A stretch of 64,000 bases of DNA. Source: Chiloscyllium plagiosum. Its lineage: Eukaryota. The stretch lies in the NCBI RefSeq assembly GCF_004010195.1, contig NC_057716.1, forward strand, positions 26,253,132 to 26,317,131, given 5' to 3'. The first letter of the stretch is position 1. Each line of letters starts with the position of its first letter. The translations under genes were made by a program, and so were the position numbers. This document shows positions 50,084 through 62,460 of this stretch, piece after piece. Below the pieces are notes generated by a model. The model was not told the origin of the DNA. It ran no database searches and worked only from the letters and a program-made list of their open reading frames with translations.

Positions 50084-50424
50084 GTAGAATCCCTACAGCA
50101 TGGAAGAGGGCTGTTGAGCCCATCAAGTCTACACGAATCTTCTGAAGAGCATTCCAACCAGACCCTTCCACCCTATCCCTATAACCCTTCACCTCCCATG
50201 GCTAATCCACTTAGCCTGCACATCCCTGGACACTATGGGCAATTTAACCAGGCCAATCCACCTAACCTGTACATCTTTGGACTGTAGGAGGAAACTGGAG
50301 CACCCGGAGGAAGCCCACCCAGACACAGGGAGAATATGCAAATTCCACACAGACAGTCATCTGAAGATGGAATCAAACCCTGGTCCCTGGCACTGTGAGG
50401 CAACAGTGCTACTACTGTGCTGCC
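50084..50424 (-). mobile_element. HE1-type V-SINE, diverged, nested in a DeuSINE remnant
   Basis: V-domain and head; the flanks 49990-50083 and 50425-50710 are Deu-like. Confidence 0.82.
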
Positions 50425-50730
50425 AATGTCCTGATGATCTGTGTTTAAGTCTTGATGGAAGAATGAATAGCACATGGGACACTATTGCTAACTGACCTGG
50501 GCTTCTTTGAAATACTGAAATAATGGGATTTTAATAGAACTTTTCCAAAGTCAATGCTTCTGAAAGTACAGCACTTCCAGTGAGATGAAACCTAACTGTG
50601 GTGATCTGACCATAGCATTCAGATGGCTAGTTCACTGGAGTTAAGTTTCATCCCACATCCTTCTAAGTCAGAGATGAGAGGACAACTATTTACTGAACCA
50701 TGACTGACCCTGAGAATGACCTGGTGTACG

Positions 50731-50857
50731 AAAATCAAAATGCTGCAGATGCTGGAAATGTGAAATAGTAACAAGAAGTGCTGGAGAAACTCAGTAGGTC
50801 TGCTAGCATCTGCGGAGAGAGAAATAGTGTTAACATTTCAAGTTCATATGACTTTTC
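50731..50857 (-). mobile_element. Degenerate hammerhead-family short repeat
   Basis: tgctgcagatgctggaaatgtgaaa...gtgctggagaaactcagtaggtctgctagcatctg...ttaacatttc; same family as 2111. Confidence 0.65.
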
Positions 50858-51839
50858 TATGGAGTGCTTATTTTTATTGCATCTCTTTTAGTTATTGTCT
50901 GTAGTGCTGGAGCCTTCCTTTTACTCCTGATTGCCAGGATTGTAATCTCATCTGTGAAGAACTGTGGGCACAAGCTGCATGGGTTGCTATCTTTCCACAA
51001 TGCTCGACACTTGGGTGTCAATGCATGTGCAGTTGTTAACGGTTTTTCAGTCAGTCTAAGAAGTTTGTGCTCCAACAACAGTAACAAAGGCAACGTTAAC
51101 AGCTCAAACATCTGTAGTTAGCCTTCCTCGTAACTTTTGTGGCACAAGATGCGACTGTGGAACTTGTTAAGGCAGACATATGTTCCACGCCAACATATGT
51201 TGAAAGTTATTGTTGTTCAGAGTTGATTTCAATGGGTTTTGAATTGTGGCCAAAGCTTAGCCTCAACACAAAGGGAGATTCAGTTTCCAAGGCATGTGGG
51301 TGCTAAATAAGACATTATTTTGTTTTTTTTTGCGTGTGGCTGGAATGTAAATTATCTGCATTGCTCTTCTTTTCCATTGTCCCCTGCTGAGCTCAGAATT
51401 CCCCTGAAGCCTGCCAACAGTATAACTCAGAGCCTAAGCTGGTACTACTTTTGGTTTTGGGTTAAATTCTCTAGCTCCTTGAGAGATATTCACAATCATT
51501 GCTTGGATTTATATTTGTCTCTTTCTGTGGGTGGTCCATCCTTCTCAGGGCAATGGATTATGCAGAAGGATCCATTTTCTTTGTGTCAAACTCACTTGAT
51601 TCATTGCACTAAAAATATCACTCATGTTCCATAAACGCTTGTTTGATTGCCAGTGAAAGAAGAAAAAAGGTTTGAGGAGATGAATGTGTATTAGCCTCCC
51701 ACTTCCATTCCCAACATTGACTGTGCACTAAAAAGCTGGTTTTATTGACTTGCGCCAATTTTTCTAACTTATCCGTATGATATGGAATGACTGGAATTTT
51801 TCCTGCATTACTGTTTCTCAGCAGACACTGTGACTTGTG

Positions 51840-52175
51840 CTAATGTCTTTTGGATAGTGTTCCAGAAACCCGGGCTAATGCCAGCATGGCAGCTGGTGGT
51901 TTTTGAATTCAATTTATATAAAAACACAGAACATTAAACTTGGTTTCAGCTACAGTCACCACGGTGACCATTGCTGATTGTTGTAAAAATCCGTCTGGTT
52001 CACAAATGACATCTGCTGTCGTCACCCGGTTTGTCGGACATGTAACTCCAGATCCATGGCCCTCTAGCTGACTCTTAACTGCCCTCTGTAATGCCTCCAG
52101 CAATTCTATCAGCTCCAGGGCAATTAGGGGTGGACAAAAAATGGTTGCCTTGCCAGCATCCCATAAATGAGTAAA
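51840..52175 (+). mobile_element. Shark tRNA-derived SINE, second family, diverged
   Basis: gcagctggtggtttttgaattcaat...tctggttcac...actccagatcc...gactcttaactgccctctg. Confidence 0.65.
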
Positions 52176-53084
52176 AGGAAGCAAACAGTGACTGCACTTC
52201 ATTATCTCTCATGTATTTTGAGATAACTTTAAGTCATATAAGGAGTCACAAGACTTTTTTTTAAGTGCCTGTCCTTAATTGTTTTATGGAAAGTTAGTGC
52301 TTAGCTGCTTTCTTGGACTACTGTAGCAGTTCAAGAAAGCAGCTCAGCACTAACTTTCCACAGAACAATTAAGGATAGCTACAGTAGTTCAAGAGGTGCT
52401 TCCCACATTGCTAATATGTTGGACTCTCAGGATTTTAACCCGGTGACTATCGTGTCTCTGAGTAAATGTTTGTTTCATTTGGAATTGTTTGGCGCAATGA
52501 TAGTGTAATATCCAGGTCAACGTTACCTTCAATTGACTCAATGTTATGGACAGAAGAAAAGGAAAAGCAACAGAACTTTCTTCGCATATGCATAACCCAA
52601 ACTGATCATATTTCTGCTTAATTTGTACCAGGTGCACTATTTCCCAGCAAATTTATCATTTGTCAAATTCTGAGTCATTGCATGAAAACCATCATTGAAT
52701 CCAGGCTGCAAAAACAAAGGCCTACAAAGCTGAATAAAAACATCCCCGAACTTGGGCATGTCTATATTAATACAATTAGATACTGTATCTCCCACTTTAT
52801 TACCAGACTCCGGATGGTGTTTCTGGTATAAATATGTTGGAATTCTTTCAAGTGGATGTCATTTAAGCTTTTATGAAGTTTCATATTGTTTTGTACTTGT
52901 TAAGTGGGGAGAAAGTTTCTCTGGCTTGGGACTTGCGAAACTGAACTGCTGATGTTACCAGGGCACGGGTGGAAGTTAAAATCTCAACTTTCTCTCTTGG
53001 TGGTCCCTCAAAATGATGAGGACGCTCACAAATGTATAAAAAACGAACGGGAGTTGATTATTCCACCCACCGAGCCTATTTTTC

Positions 53085-54527
53085 TATTTAATATGATTGA
53101 TCTGATTTGAACCAAACTTCACCTTCTTGTCTACACCACCAATTTTTTTTACTCCTTTGCTTCACAAGAATCTATCTTCCTCTGTGCCTTAAATATATCT
53201 AAAGATTCTGCTTCCACCACCTTACCAGGAAGAGTTTCAAAGCCTCATTCTCTCCGAGAGAAATAGTTTTGCCTTATATCGGTTTAAAATGATTCCTTAT
53301 TTTGAGACAGTGACCCCGAGTTCTGCCACCTCCCATAAGAGAAAGCATCCTTCACATGGGGAGGTGATGGCCTGGGTGGTATTATCACTGGACTATTAAT
53401 CCAGAGACCCAGGTAATGTTTTGGGCACCTGGGTTCAAGTCCCGCCACGGCAGATGGTGGAATCTGAATTCAATGAATATCTGGAATGGACAGTCTGATT
53501 CAATAAATATCTGGAATTAAGAGTCTAATGATAACCGTTGAATAATGAATTAATTGTTGATTGTTGGGAAAACCCACCTGGTTCACTAATGCCCTTAAGG
53601 GAAGGAAACTGCCATCCTTACCTGGTCTGGTTCCTACATGTGGCTCCAGACCCACAGCAATGTGGTTGATTTTTAACTGCCCTCTCAATAAATGCTAACC
53701 TAGCCAGCAATGCCGTCATCCTGTGAATGAATTAAAAAAAACACATCCACCCCTCAAGGACTCATACATTTCAATCAAGTCACTTCTAAGCTCCAGCGCA
53801 TATAAGTCTAGCTTGACTAAACTTTCCTCATAAGGCAACCTGCTCATTCCAGGTCTTAGTCTGCTTAAATTTCCTCTGAACCTTTTCTGATGTATTTAGG
53901 TCTTTGCTTCAATAAGGCAACCAGTAAGGTAATAGTAGTCCAGGTGTGTTTTCACAGGTGTCCTGCAAAACTGAGACATGATAATATCCTTACTTTGTTA
54001 TTCAGTTTTCCTTGCTGTAAATGATAGCACTCTATTCGCTTTCCTAACTATCTGCTTTACGAGTGGACTGACATTTTGCAATTCTTGCATGAAGGACACT
54101 CAGATCCCTCTGCCTCTCTGAACTCTGCAAGCTCCCACCATTGAGATTTTATGGTTCTTGTTTATTCTTCATGCCAAAAGGATGATTGCACATATTCCAC
54201 CATTATATTCCATTTTCAAAATCTTTTCCCTCTCTCTTAAGGAGGCTACAAATGGATATAAGTAGGTTATTGCCTATTCACAACTGCTTCCTGCTTATCT
54301 TTGTGTCATCAGCTTATCTGGCAACCATCTCTTCATCCCAACCATTTATATAAATTGTAAAGAGCTAAGGTTGCAGCACCGATCCCTGTGGTACACGATT
54401 ATTTATATCTTGCCACCAGAAAAAGACTATTATGTCTATTTTCTGCCTCTCAATAACCAACCAATCCTTTATCAATGCCAATATCTACATCAGGAGCATT
54501 TATTTTCCACAGTAATATTTGATGTGC
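53085..54527 (-). mobile_element. Old CR1 LINE, 5'-truncated, interrupted by a SINE
   Basis: Degenerate RT/C-terminus on the minus strand (gtgtcatcagcttatc = (K)ADDT; gcaccgatccctgtggtacac = VPQGSVL). Confidence 0.75.
53358..53740 (+). mobile_element. Shark tRNA-derived SINE, second family, full length
   Basis: A-box tggcctgggtgg, B-box ggttcaagtcc; body ccacctggttcactaatgcccttaagggaaggaaactgcc; A-rich tail. Confidence 0.8.
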
Positions 54528-54561
54528 GCTTGTGATTTCCAGAAGGCATTTGATAAATGCA

Positions 54562-54870
54562 GTGGGTGAACAGTGACAGCCTTTTTCCCAGGATGGCAAT
54601 GGCAAGCACGAGGGGGCATAGCTTCAAATTGAGGAGTGATAGATATAGGACAGATGTCAGAGGTATTTTCTTTACTCGGAGAGTAGTAGGGGTGTGGAAC
54701 GCACTGTCTGCAACAGTTGTAGACTTGCCAACTTGATGGCCATTTAAATGGTCATTGGATAGGCATATGGACGAGAATGGAATAGTGTGGGCTTCAAATT
54801 GGTTTCACAGGGTGGTGCAACTTCAAGGGCTGAAGGGCCTGTACTGCATTGTAATGTTCTATGTTCTATA
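54562..54870 (+). mobile_element. CR1 LINE 3' end
   Basis: acgagggggcatagcttcaaattgagg (TRGHSFKLR)...FFTRRVVGVWNAL; tail (TTCTATG)n. Confidence 0.85.
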
Positions 54871-55225
54871 TTATTGGTTGTTGCTCTTCCTCAGCACCTT
54901 GCTTCCAATAAATTGGTTCAATGTTATTTTCCCTCCACAAAGCAAAGTTGACTTTGTCTAATTATTTTGAACTTATCCAAGTGCCCTAACATGACATTTT
55001 TAGTAATACGTTATAACATTTTCCAATTGAAGCGAACAGAATGGAAGATGGGGGAAACATTATGGCTGTAAGAGCTGCTCCTTTTTTGAGGTAGTTTAGG
55101 TGTTGGAGGTGACCTCCTCGAATTCCAGGAGCAGTAAGCTGTTTTATAAGCTGTTGCATTGTTTTGGAACTTTGGGGGAAAAAAAATCAAAAGAATGGCA
55201 CAAAAACAGGAGGAAGAGAACAAAA

Positions 55226-55534
55226 CACGGTGGCACAGTGGTTAGCACTGCTGCCTCACAGCGCCTGAGACCCGGGTTCAATTCCCGCCTCAGGCGACTG
55301 ACTGTGTGGAGTTTGCACGTTCTCCCCGTGTCTGCGTGGGTTTCCTCCGGGTGCTCCGGTTTCCTCCCACAGTCCAAAAGATGTGCAGGGTCAGGTGAAT
55401 TGGCCATGCTAAATTGCCCGTAGTGTTAGGTAAGTGGTAAATGTAGGGGTATGGGTGGGCTTCGCTTCGGCGGGTCGGTGTGGACTTGTTGGGCCGAAGG
55501 GCCTGTTTCCACACTGTAATGTAATCTAATCTAA
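55226..55534 (+). mobile_element. HE1-type V-SINE, young
   Basis: Near-identical to the 3173 and 61456 copies. Confidence 0.92.
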
Positions 55535-55950
55535 AAAAAAAGCCGAGGCCATATGGTCAGTGTGTGTGAGAGAGAGAGAGAGAAATAAACCTACACTGCT
55601 GTCTGACACAGCAGTGAATCTGCACAGCTACTGCCCTTGTTGTTGGAGTTCTAGTATTTCTGGGACATAGGAGTGTGTCTAAGAAAAATTAACAACCAGT
55701 GAAATTCACAGTGACCTTGAAGGAAACTGTGTGGGAGAGCTCATAGCACAGGAGCAGATAAGTGCATGGTTTTTAAGTGTAATCTTGCTGTATTTTTTTA
55801 ATAGTGAGTAGAGTGGGTTCTTTTTGGTTATATGTTTTAGTGAGATCTGTTTCTTGATTAAAATTTAAAAATACAAACCATAGCTTCTAAGTTAGCCAGG
55901 AGCAGTGTTTCTTTTTAGAAAAGTAAGACTGTGCTGGTTTCTGTCATGAC

Positions 55951-56126
55951 TAGAGTAGTGCTGGAAAAGCACAGCAGGTCAGGCAGCATCTGAGGAGCAG
56001 GAAAAATCGGCATTTTTGATGAATGGCTTTTCCTTGCTCCTTGGATGCTGCCTGACCTGCTGTGTTTTTCGAGTATCACTCTGATTTTGACTCTAATCTC
56101 CAGCATCTGCAGTACCTACTTCTGCC
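55951..56126. mobile_element. Inverted pair of hammerhead-family repeats, centre deleted, nested in CR1 5' region
   Basis: gtgctggaaaagcacagcaggtcaggcagcatc ... gatgctgcctgacctgctgtgtttttcgagtatcac is an inverted repeat. Confidence 0.72.
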
Positions 56127-57006
56127 TGTGCTATTTTCTGGAGATGGTTAAGGTACAAAGATGGCCTTAAGTGGTCATCCTGTGGTCTTCCTGTGGGATG
56201 TCCGAGATTAGGGAGAATTTCCATGTTACTGATGAGTTATGTCGTAGTGTGTTTGGTTGCAAATCTATCAGATCGCATGGGTCAGTTGGAGATACAGTTC
56301 AAGGCAACAGGGAATTTACAGGAGCTAGGGGGTGTGATGGATGGCAGTTAAAGGAAGGGAGAAAAACTGCACGTAGAGTCAGGTAGATGGGTTACCACCA
56401 GGAAAGGTAGGAGAGCAAGCCAGGTAGTGCATGAGTCTCCTGTGGCTATCCCCGTCCCAAACAAGAAAGCTGTTTTAGAAAGTGTAGGGAGTGATGGACT
56501 CTCCGGGGAATGTAGCACAGACAGCCAAGTTTCTGATAATGAGACTGGCTCTAATACAATGAGGTAGACGTCAGGTTCCAAACAATCGATTATGATAGGG
56601 GATTGTCCAGTCAGAGACACAGGCACTCGTTTCTGTGGCTGACAGTGTGAAGTTAGAATAGTGTGTTGCCTCCCTGGTGCCAGGATCAAGGATATCTCAG
56701 AGAGTGCAGAATATCCTCAAAGGGGAGAGGGATCAGCAGGAGGTAGTTGTACACATTGCAACTAGGAAGGAAAAAGATTCAGATTCTGAGAGGAGAATAT
56801 TGGACATTAGGCAGGAATTCAAAAAGGAGGTTCTTGAGGATAGTAATATCTGGATCACTACAGGTGCTATGAACTAGTGAGGGGAGGAGGATAGAGCAGA
56901 TGAATGAGTGTCTGAGGAGCTGGTGCATCTCTTCTGCGGTAGAAGTGACCTTTACAAGAAGAACAGATTGCACCTGAATTGGAACTGGAGTAATATACTG
57001 GTGGGG

Positions 57007-57336
57007 AGATTAGATTCCCTACAGTATGGAAACAGGCCCTTTTGGCCCAACAAGTTCACACTGACCCTCCGAAGAGTAACCCACCCTGACTCATTCCCCT
57101 ACCCTATATTTACCCCTCACTAATGCACCCAACACTACGGGCAATTTAGCATGGCCAATTCACCTGACCTGCACATCTTTGGATTGTTGGAGGAAACCGG
57201 AGCACCCAGAGGAAACCCACGCAGACGCGGGGAGAATGTGAAAACTCCACACAGACAGTCACCTGAGGCAGGAATCGAACCCAGGTCCTTGCCGCTGTGA
57301 GGCAGCGGTGCTAACCACTGAGCCACCGTGCCACCC
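57007..57336 (-). mobile_element. HE1-type V-SINE nested in CR1
   Basis: Full head, V-domain, tail agattagatt; attag duplicated on both sides. Confidence 0.9.
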
Positions 57337-60300
57337 ATTAGCGAAAGCTGCTTGGAAGGATTTAAATTAGTAAGGTGGGTGGGACCTAGGGAGATAGTGA
57401 GGAAAGAGATCATTCTGAGACTGGTACAGTTGGAAAAGGAAGCAAGTCAAACAGGCAGGGTAGTTAGGAGCAAAGCAGAGAACAAGGTAAATTAAACTGC
57501 TTTTATTTCAATGCAAGAGGCCTAACAGGGAAGGCAGATGAACTCAGGGCATGGTTAGGAACATGGGAATGGGATATCGTAGCAATTACAGGAATGTGGC
57601 TCCAGGATGGACTGGCAGCTTAATATTCCAGTATACAAATTCTATAGGAAGAATAGAAAGAGGTGGGGTGTGGTGTTTTTGATCAGGGATAGCATTACTG
57701 CTGTTTAGGGAGGATATTCCTGGGAATACATCCAGGGAAGTTAATTGAGTGGAACTGAGAAATAAGAAAGGGATGATTACCTTATTGGGATTGAACTATA
57801 GACCCCAAATAGTCAGCGAGAAATTGAGAAACAAATTTGTAAAGAGATTTCAGTTATATATAAGAATAGTAGGGTGGTAATGGTAGGGGATTTAAATTTT
57901 CCAGACTTAGACTGGGATTGCCAGTGTTGAGGGTTTAGATGGAGAGGAATTTGTTAAGTGTGTATAAGAAAATTTTCTGATTCAGTATGTGGATGTACCA
58001 ACTAGTGAACGTGCAAAACTTGACCTACTCTTATGAAATAAGGCAGGGCAAGTGACTGAGGTGTCAGTGGGGGAGCACTTTGGGGCCAGCGACCATAATT
58101 CTATTAGTTTTAAAATAGCGATGGAAAGGATAGACCAGATCTATAAGTTAAAGTTCTAAATTGGAGGAAGGCTAATTTTGACGGTATTAGGCAAGAACTT
58201 TCAAAAGTTGATTGGTGTGGATGTTTGCAGGTGAGGGGTCGTTGGAAAATTGGAAGCCTTCAAAAATTAGGTAATGAGAGTCCAGAGACAGTATGTTCCT
58301 GTTAGGGTGAAGGGCAAGGCTGGTAGGTCTAGGGAATGCTGGATGACTAGAGAAATTGAGGTTTTGGTCAAGAAAATAAAAGAAGCATGTGTCAGGTATA
58401 GACAGCAGAGATCGAGTGAATCCTTAGAGTACAAGGGCAGTAGAGGTATACTTAAGAGAGGAATCAGGAGGGCAAGAAGGGGACATGAGATAACCTTGGC
58501 AAATAGGGTTAAGGAGAAACTAAGGGGATTTTATAAATACATTAAGAACAAGAGGGTAACTGAGGACAGAATAGGACCCATCAAAGATCATCAAGGCAGC
58601 CTATGAGTGGAATTGCAGGACATTGAGGAGGTAGTAAACGGGTACTTTGTGTTTACTGTGGAGAAGGACATGGAATGTGGGTAAACAGATGGTAACATCT
58701 TGAAAAATGTCCAGATTACAGAAGAGGTGCTGGATGTCTTAAAACACACAAAGGTAGATAAATCCCCAGGACCTGATCAGGTGTAACCTAGACCTCTGTG
58801 AGAAGCTGGGAAAGTGATGGCTGGGCCCCTTGCTAAGATATTTGTATCATCGATAGTCACAGGTGAGGTGCTGGAAGACTGGAGGTTGACTAACGTGGTG
58901 CCACTATTTAAGAAAGGTGGTGAGGGAAGGTCAGGGAATTATAGAGCAGTGAGCCCGACATCGATGGTGGGCACGTTGTTGGAGGGAATCCTGAGGGACA
59001 GGATTTGCATGTATTTGGATAGGCAAGGACTGATTAGGGATAGTCAACATGGAGTTTTGCTTAGGAAATCATGTCTCACTAACTTGATAGAGTTTTTTTT
59101 TAAAGTAAAAAGAAGATTGATGAGGGCAGAGCGGTGGATGTGATCTATATGGACTTCGATAAGGTGTTTGACAATGTTCCTTATGGTAGACTGGTTAACA
59201 AGATTCAGTCACATGGAATAGAGGGACACCTAGCCATTTGAATACAGAACTGGCTCAAAGGTAGAGAGTGATGGTGGACGGTCACTTTTCAGTCTAGAGA
59301 CTTATGACCAAAGATCAGTGCTGGGTCCACTGCTTTTCATCACTTATATAAGTGATTTGGATGTGAACATAGGAGGTATAGTTATTAAGTTTGCAGATGA
59401 TACCAAAATTAGAGGTGTGGTTAACAGAAAAGAAGGTTACCTTAGAGTACAACAGGCTCTTGAGCAGATGGGCCAATGGGCTGAAGAGTGGCAGTGGAGT
59501 TTAATTTAGATAAATGTGAGGTGCTGCATTTTGGAAAGGCAAATCAGACGAGGACTTATACACTTTAATGATAAGGTCCTGGGGAGTGTTGCTGAACAAA
59601 GACACCTTGGAGTGCAGGTTCATAATTCCTTGAAAGTGGAGTTGCAGGTAGATAGATACAATAGTGAAGGTGGTGTTTGGTATGCTTGCTTTTATTTGTG
59701 AGAGCATTGAGTGTAGGAGCTGGAATGTCATTTTGAGGCTGTAAAGGAGATTGGTTAGGCCAATTTTGGAATATTCTTTGCAATTCTAGTCTCCCTCCGA
59801 CCTGAAATGTCAACTCCCCATCTCCTCTGATGCTGCCTGACTTGCTGAGCTTTCGCCGGCTCTTTCTTTTGCCCACCTTTATATTCCATTATCAGTTCTT
59901 CACTCACACTTCCTAATGGAACAATGCCTTCCTTGTTAACCATATTTTTAAAAAAGTATTATTAGAAACTCTTATGATCTGTTTTTGTATTTCTGGCTTA
60001 GCTTCCAGCCTATGTGCTTTTTTGTCATTGTTTACAGTTTTAATATTCTGTCTAATCTGACCTGCCACCTGACATTGCACTATCATATCTGTTTTCTTTA
60101 ACTTTAATCTTTTTAGTTAATCACAGATGTCGGGTCTGTTCCTTGGAAATTTTCTTTCTCATTGGAATGCTGACATATCACCTTAAATGTGTGTTTCTGC
60201 ATCTCAATTGAACACCCTCCACCCTAATTACAACCCCCCCCCAACCAACCACCGTAATCTAGCAAACAGTGATCCTCCTGATGTATCTGGACAATGAAGA

Positions 60301-60399
60301 AACCTGGGTTATGTATCACTGATACCTGAGAGAATTCTGACTCACAAGGACTGCCGCCTCTTTCATTCTTGTATACCAGTGTTTCTGTGTTCTTTAACA

Positions 60400-60910
60400 C
60401 TTAGTATCAATCTCTTTGTCTTTCACTCTCATTCATGTATTGTTTCTATTTTATCTTTCCTCACATTCTTTTTCTCCTGCTCTTTCATTCCTTTTTTTCC
60501 AAAACTCACTTTTAATGTTTTAATTATTTCTATGGTTCCTTTTTTCCTCCCCTTCAATTGACCCTCCGCATCTCATTTACTCACTTGCCCCCCACCCTTC
60601 CCTCTTCTCCTCTCCCCTTCCCCTCACTCCTACCCCACTTGTTTCCCTTTTGCAATTTTGCCTTTCTCTTCCTCTTGCCTCCCTCCAACCTCCTTCACAC
60701 CAACCGCTCTGATTCTCAACTCCCTCTCTCTCTCACTGTATCCCTTAGTCTTCCCTTTCTCCCATCCTTCCCTTTCCCCCATTATCTTCCCTTATTAGTT
60801 CTTGCTATAAATCTTGCTCTCCTTTTGCTTACATACTGATTCTCTCTGCTTTCATTTGCCCTTTTGACTCGGTCTTTAGTCCTCCTGCTCTTTTCTTTCT
60901 TCTCTCCTTT
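60400..60910. repeat. Low-complexity CT-rich tract
   Basis: ~500 bp of strongly pyrimidine-biased + strand. Confidence 0.75.
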
Positions 60911-61455
60911 TGCTCAGCCATAAATACCTTCCAAGAATGTTGTAGACGTTACCCAGCTAAGTGAAATCAATAAGCAAGTTTCAGAAAGAGGAAAAACAGT
61001 TTTGCGTTTTTTTTTCTTTATATTATGAATGAGCATCAGAGCATCATGCAGGAGGAAATGTAGTTTTAGATAAGGGCGGAAAGACTGCTTGGTGATGACT
61101 GGAGAGGAAAGTAATTGACATTTATTTGAATGACGTTTTTATCTGCAACTTCTCAATTTCTGTGTGAAGCTTTGATTACAGTAAAAGAGTGTCAAAGATT
61201 CTGGAGATGGTGGAATTTGCAGAGAGAGTTTGAGATGAAACTTTTTATTAGCCTTTCATAGCAAGTTAGTGGGAAGTTTAAATTCATAAAATATAATTTC
61301 TGTTGTTATTTATTGAAATTAATTGCATGTCCAATTCAGATAGAACTTCAGCGATTGCTTAATCTACTGTAACAACACCACCACACTGGACAGATCAATT
61401 ATTGCATTTGCATGACAAAAAGTGACAAAAAATAATTACAACCTATAATTCCAGT

Positions 61456-61777
61456 GGGTGGCACAGTGGTTAGCAATGCTGCCTCACAGCGCCAGAGACC
61501 CGGGTTCAATTCCCGCCTCAGGTGACTGGCTGTGTGGAGTTTGCACGTTCTCCCCGTGTCTGCGTGGGTTTCCTCCGGGTGCTCCGGTTTCCTCCCACAG
61601 TCCAAAGATGTGCAGGTCAGGTGAATTGGCCATGCTAAATTGCCCGTAGTGTTAGATAAGGGGTAAATGTAGGGGTATGGGTGCGTTTCGCTTCGGCGGG
61701 TCGGTGTGGACTTGTTGGGCCGAAGGGCCTGTTTCCACACTGTAATGTAATCTAATCTAATGTAATGTAATCTAATC
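61456..61777 (+). mobile_element. HE1-type V-SINE, young
   Basis: Head, V-domain, tail (TAATG/TAATC)n. Confidence 0.92.
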
Positions 61778-61810
61778 CATTGCTAAGAGAGTGCAGAATT
61801 GATTATAAAT

Positions 61811-61905
61811 AAAATCAAAGTGCTGGAGAAACTCAATAGGTCTGGCAGCATCTTTTGAGAGAGAAGCAGAGTTACTATTTCAAATCGAATACGACTTCTC
61901 TCCAA
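61811..61905 (-). mobile_element. Degenerate hammerhead-family short repeat
   Basis: gtgctggagaaactcaataggtctggcagcatc...gagagaagcagagtt. Confidence 0.6.
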
Positions 61906-62234
61906 AATGAAATTGATCTCTAGTTGTGTGTTATAAACGTGGAAGAAGCATTGCTCAGATTTCCATAGGTCATTTAATTTTTCTGCTGCTTATTTCCTTC
62001 CTTTTGTTTAGTTCTGAAATATTTTTCAGCAATCAAGTGCCCCTGTGAGGAATGTCAGTCATCTTGCTGCCGAATTATACTGTTCTTCAGCACACATCAA
62101 CTCAATTAACCCTCAGATGCCTGATATGATCATGGTGCACTAAGCAGATTAACTGCTTCAAATGGCACATTTGCTCAAAAATAACCAATCAGAATCTCAT
62201 ACTGAGATTAATCTCAGTTTACGATGAGCAGTTT

Positions 62235-62460
62235 AATCTAGAATTAAGTCTAATGATGACTATGAACCTGTTGTCCATTGCCAGGAAAAGCCCATCTGGT
62301 TCATTCACTTCCTTTAGGAAGGAAACTGCCATCCTTACCCGGTCTCACCTACATGTGACTACAGACAGACAGCAATGTGGTTGACTCTTAATTGCCACCT
62401 GGGCATTTAGAGATTATCAGCGACCCCCCCCCACATCTGTGAATGACTTTTTATAAAAAC
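62235..62460 (+). mobile_element. Partial shark tRNA-SINE, second family
   Basis: gtctaatgatgac...ccatctggttc...ggaaggaaactgccatccttacc...agcaatgtggttgactctt. Confidence 0.7.

Larger units (their letters stand above)
55070..59795 (+). mobile_element. Near full-length CR1 LINE (5'UTR, esterase-type ORF1, APE-RT ORF2), decayed and 3'-truncated
   Basis: ORF1: CGMSE zinc-finger-like start, GD..VR.T...FCG, VCCLPGARIKDI..VQNILKGE..Q.EVVVHI, LHLN (SGNH/esterase). ORF2: FYFNARGL, WQLNIP, VMVGDLNFP, SDHNSI, GNYRAVS, KSCLTNLIEFF, DKVFD, GPLLF, KFADDTK. The 5' boundary is approximate. Confidence 0.88.
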
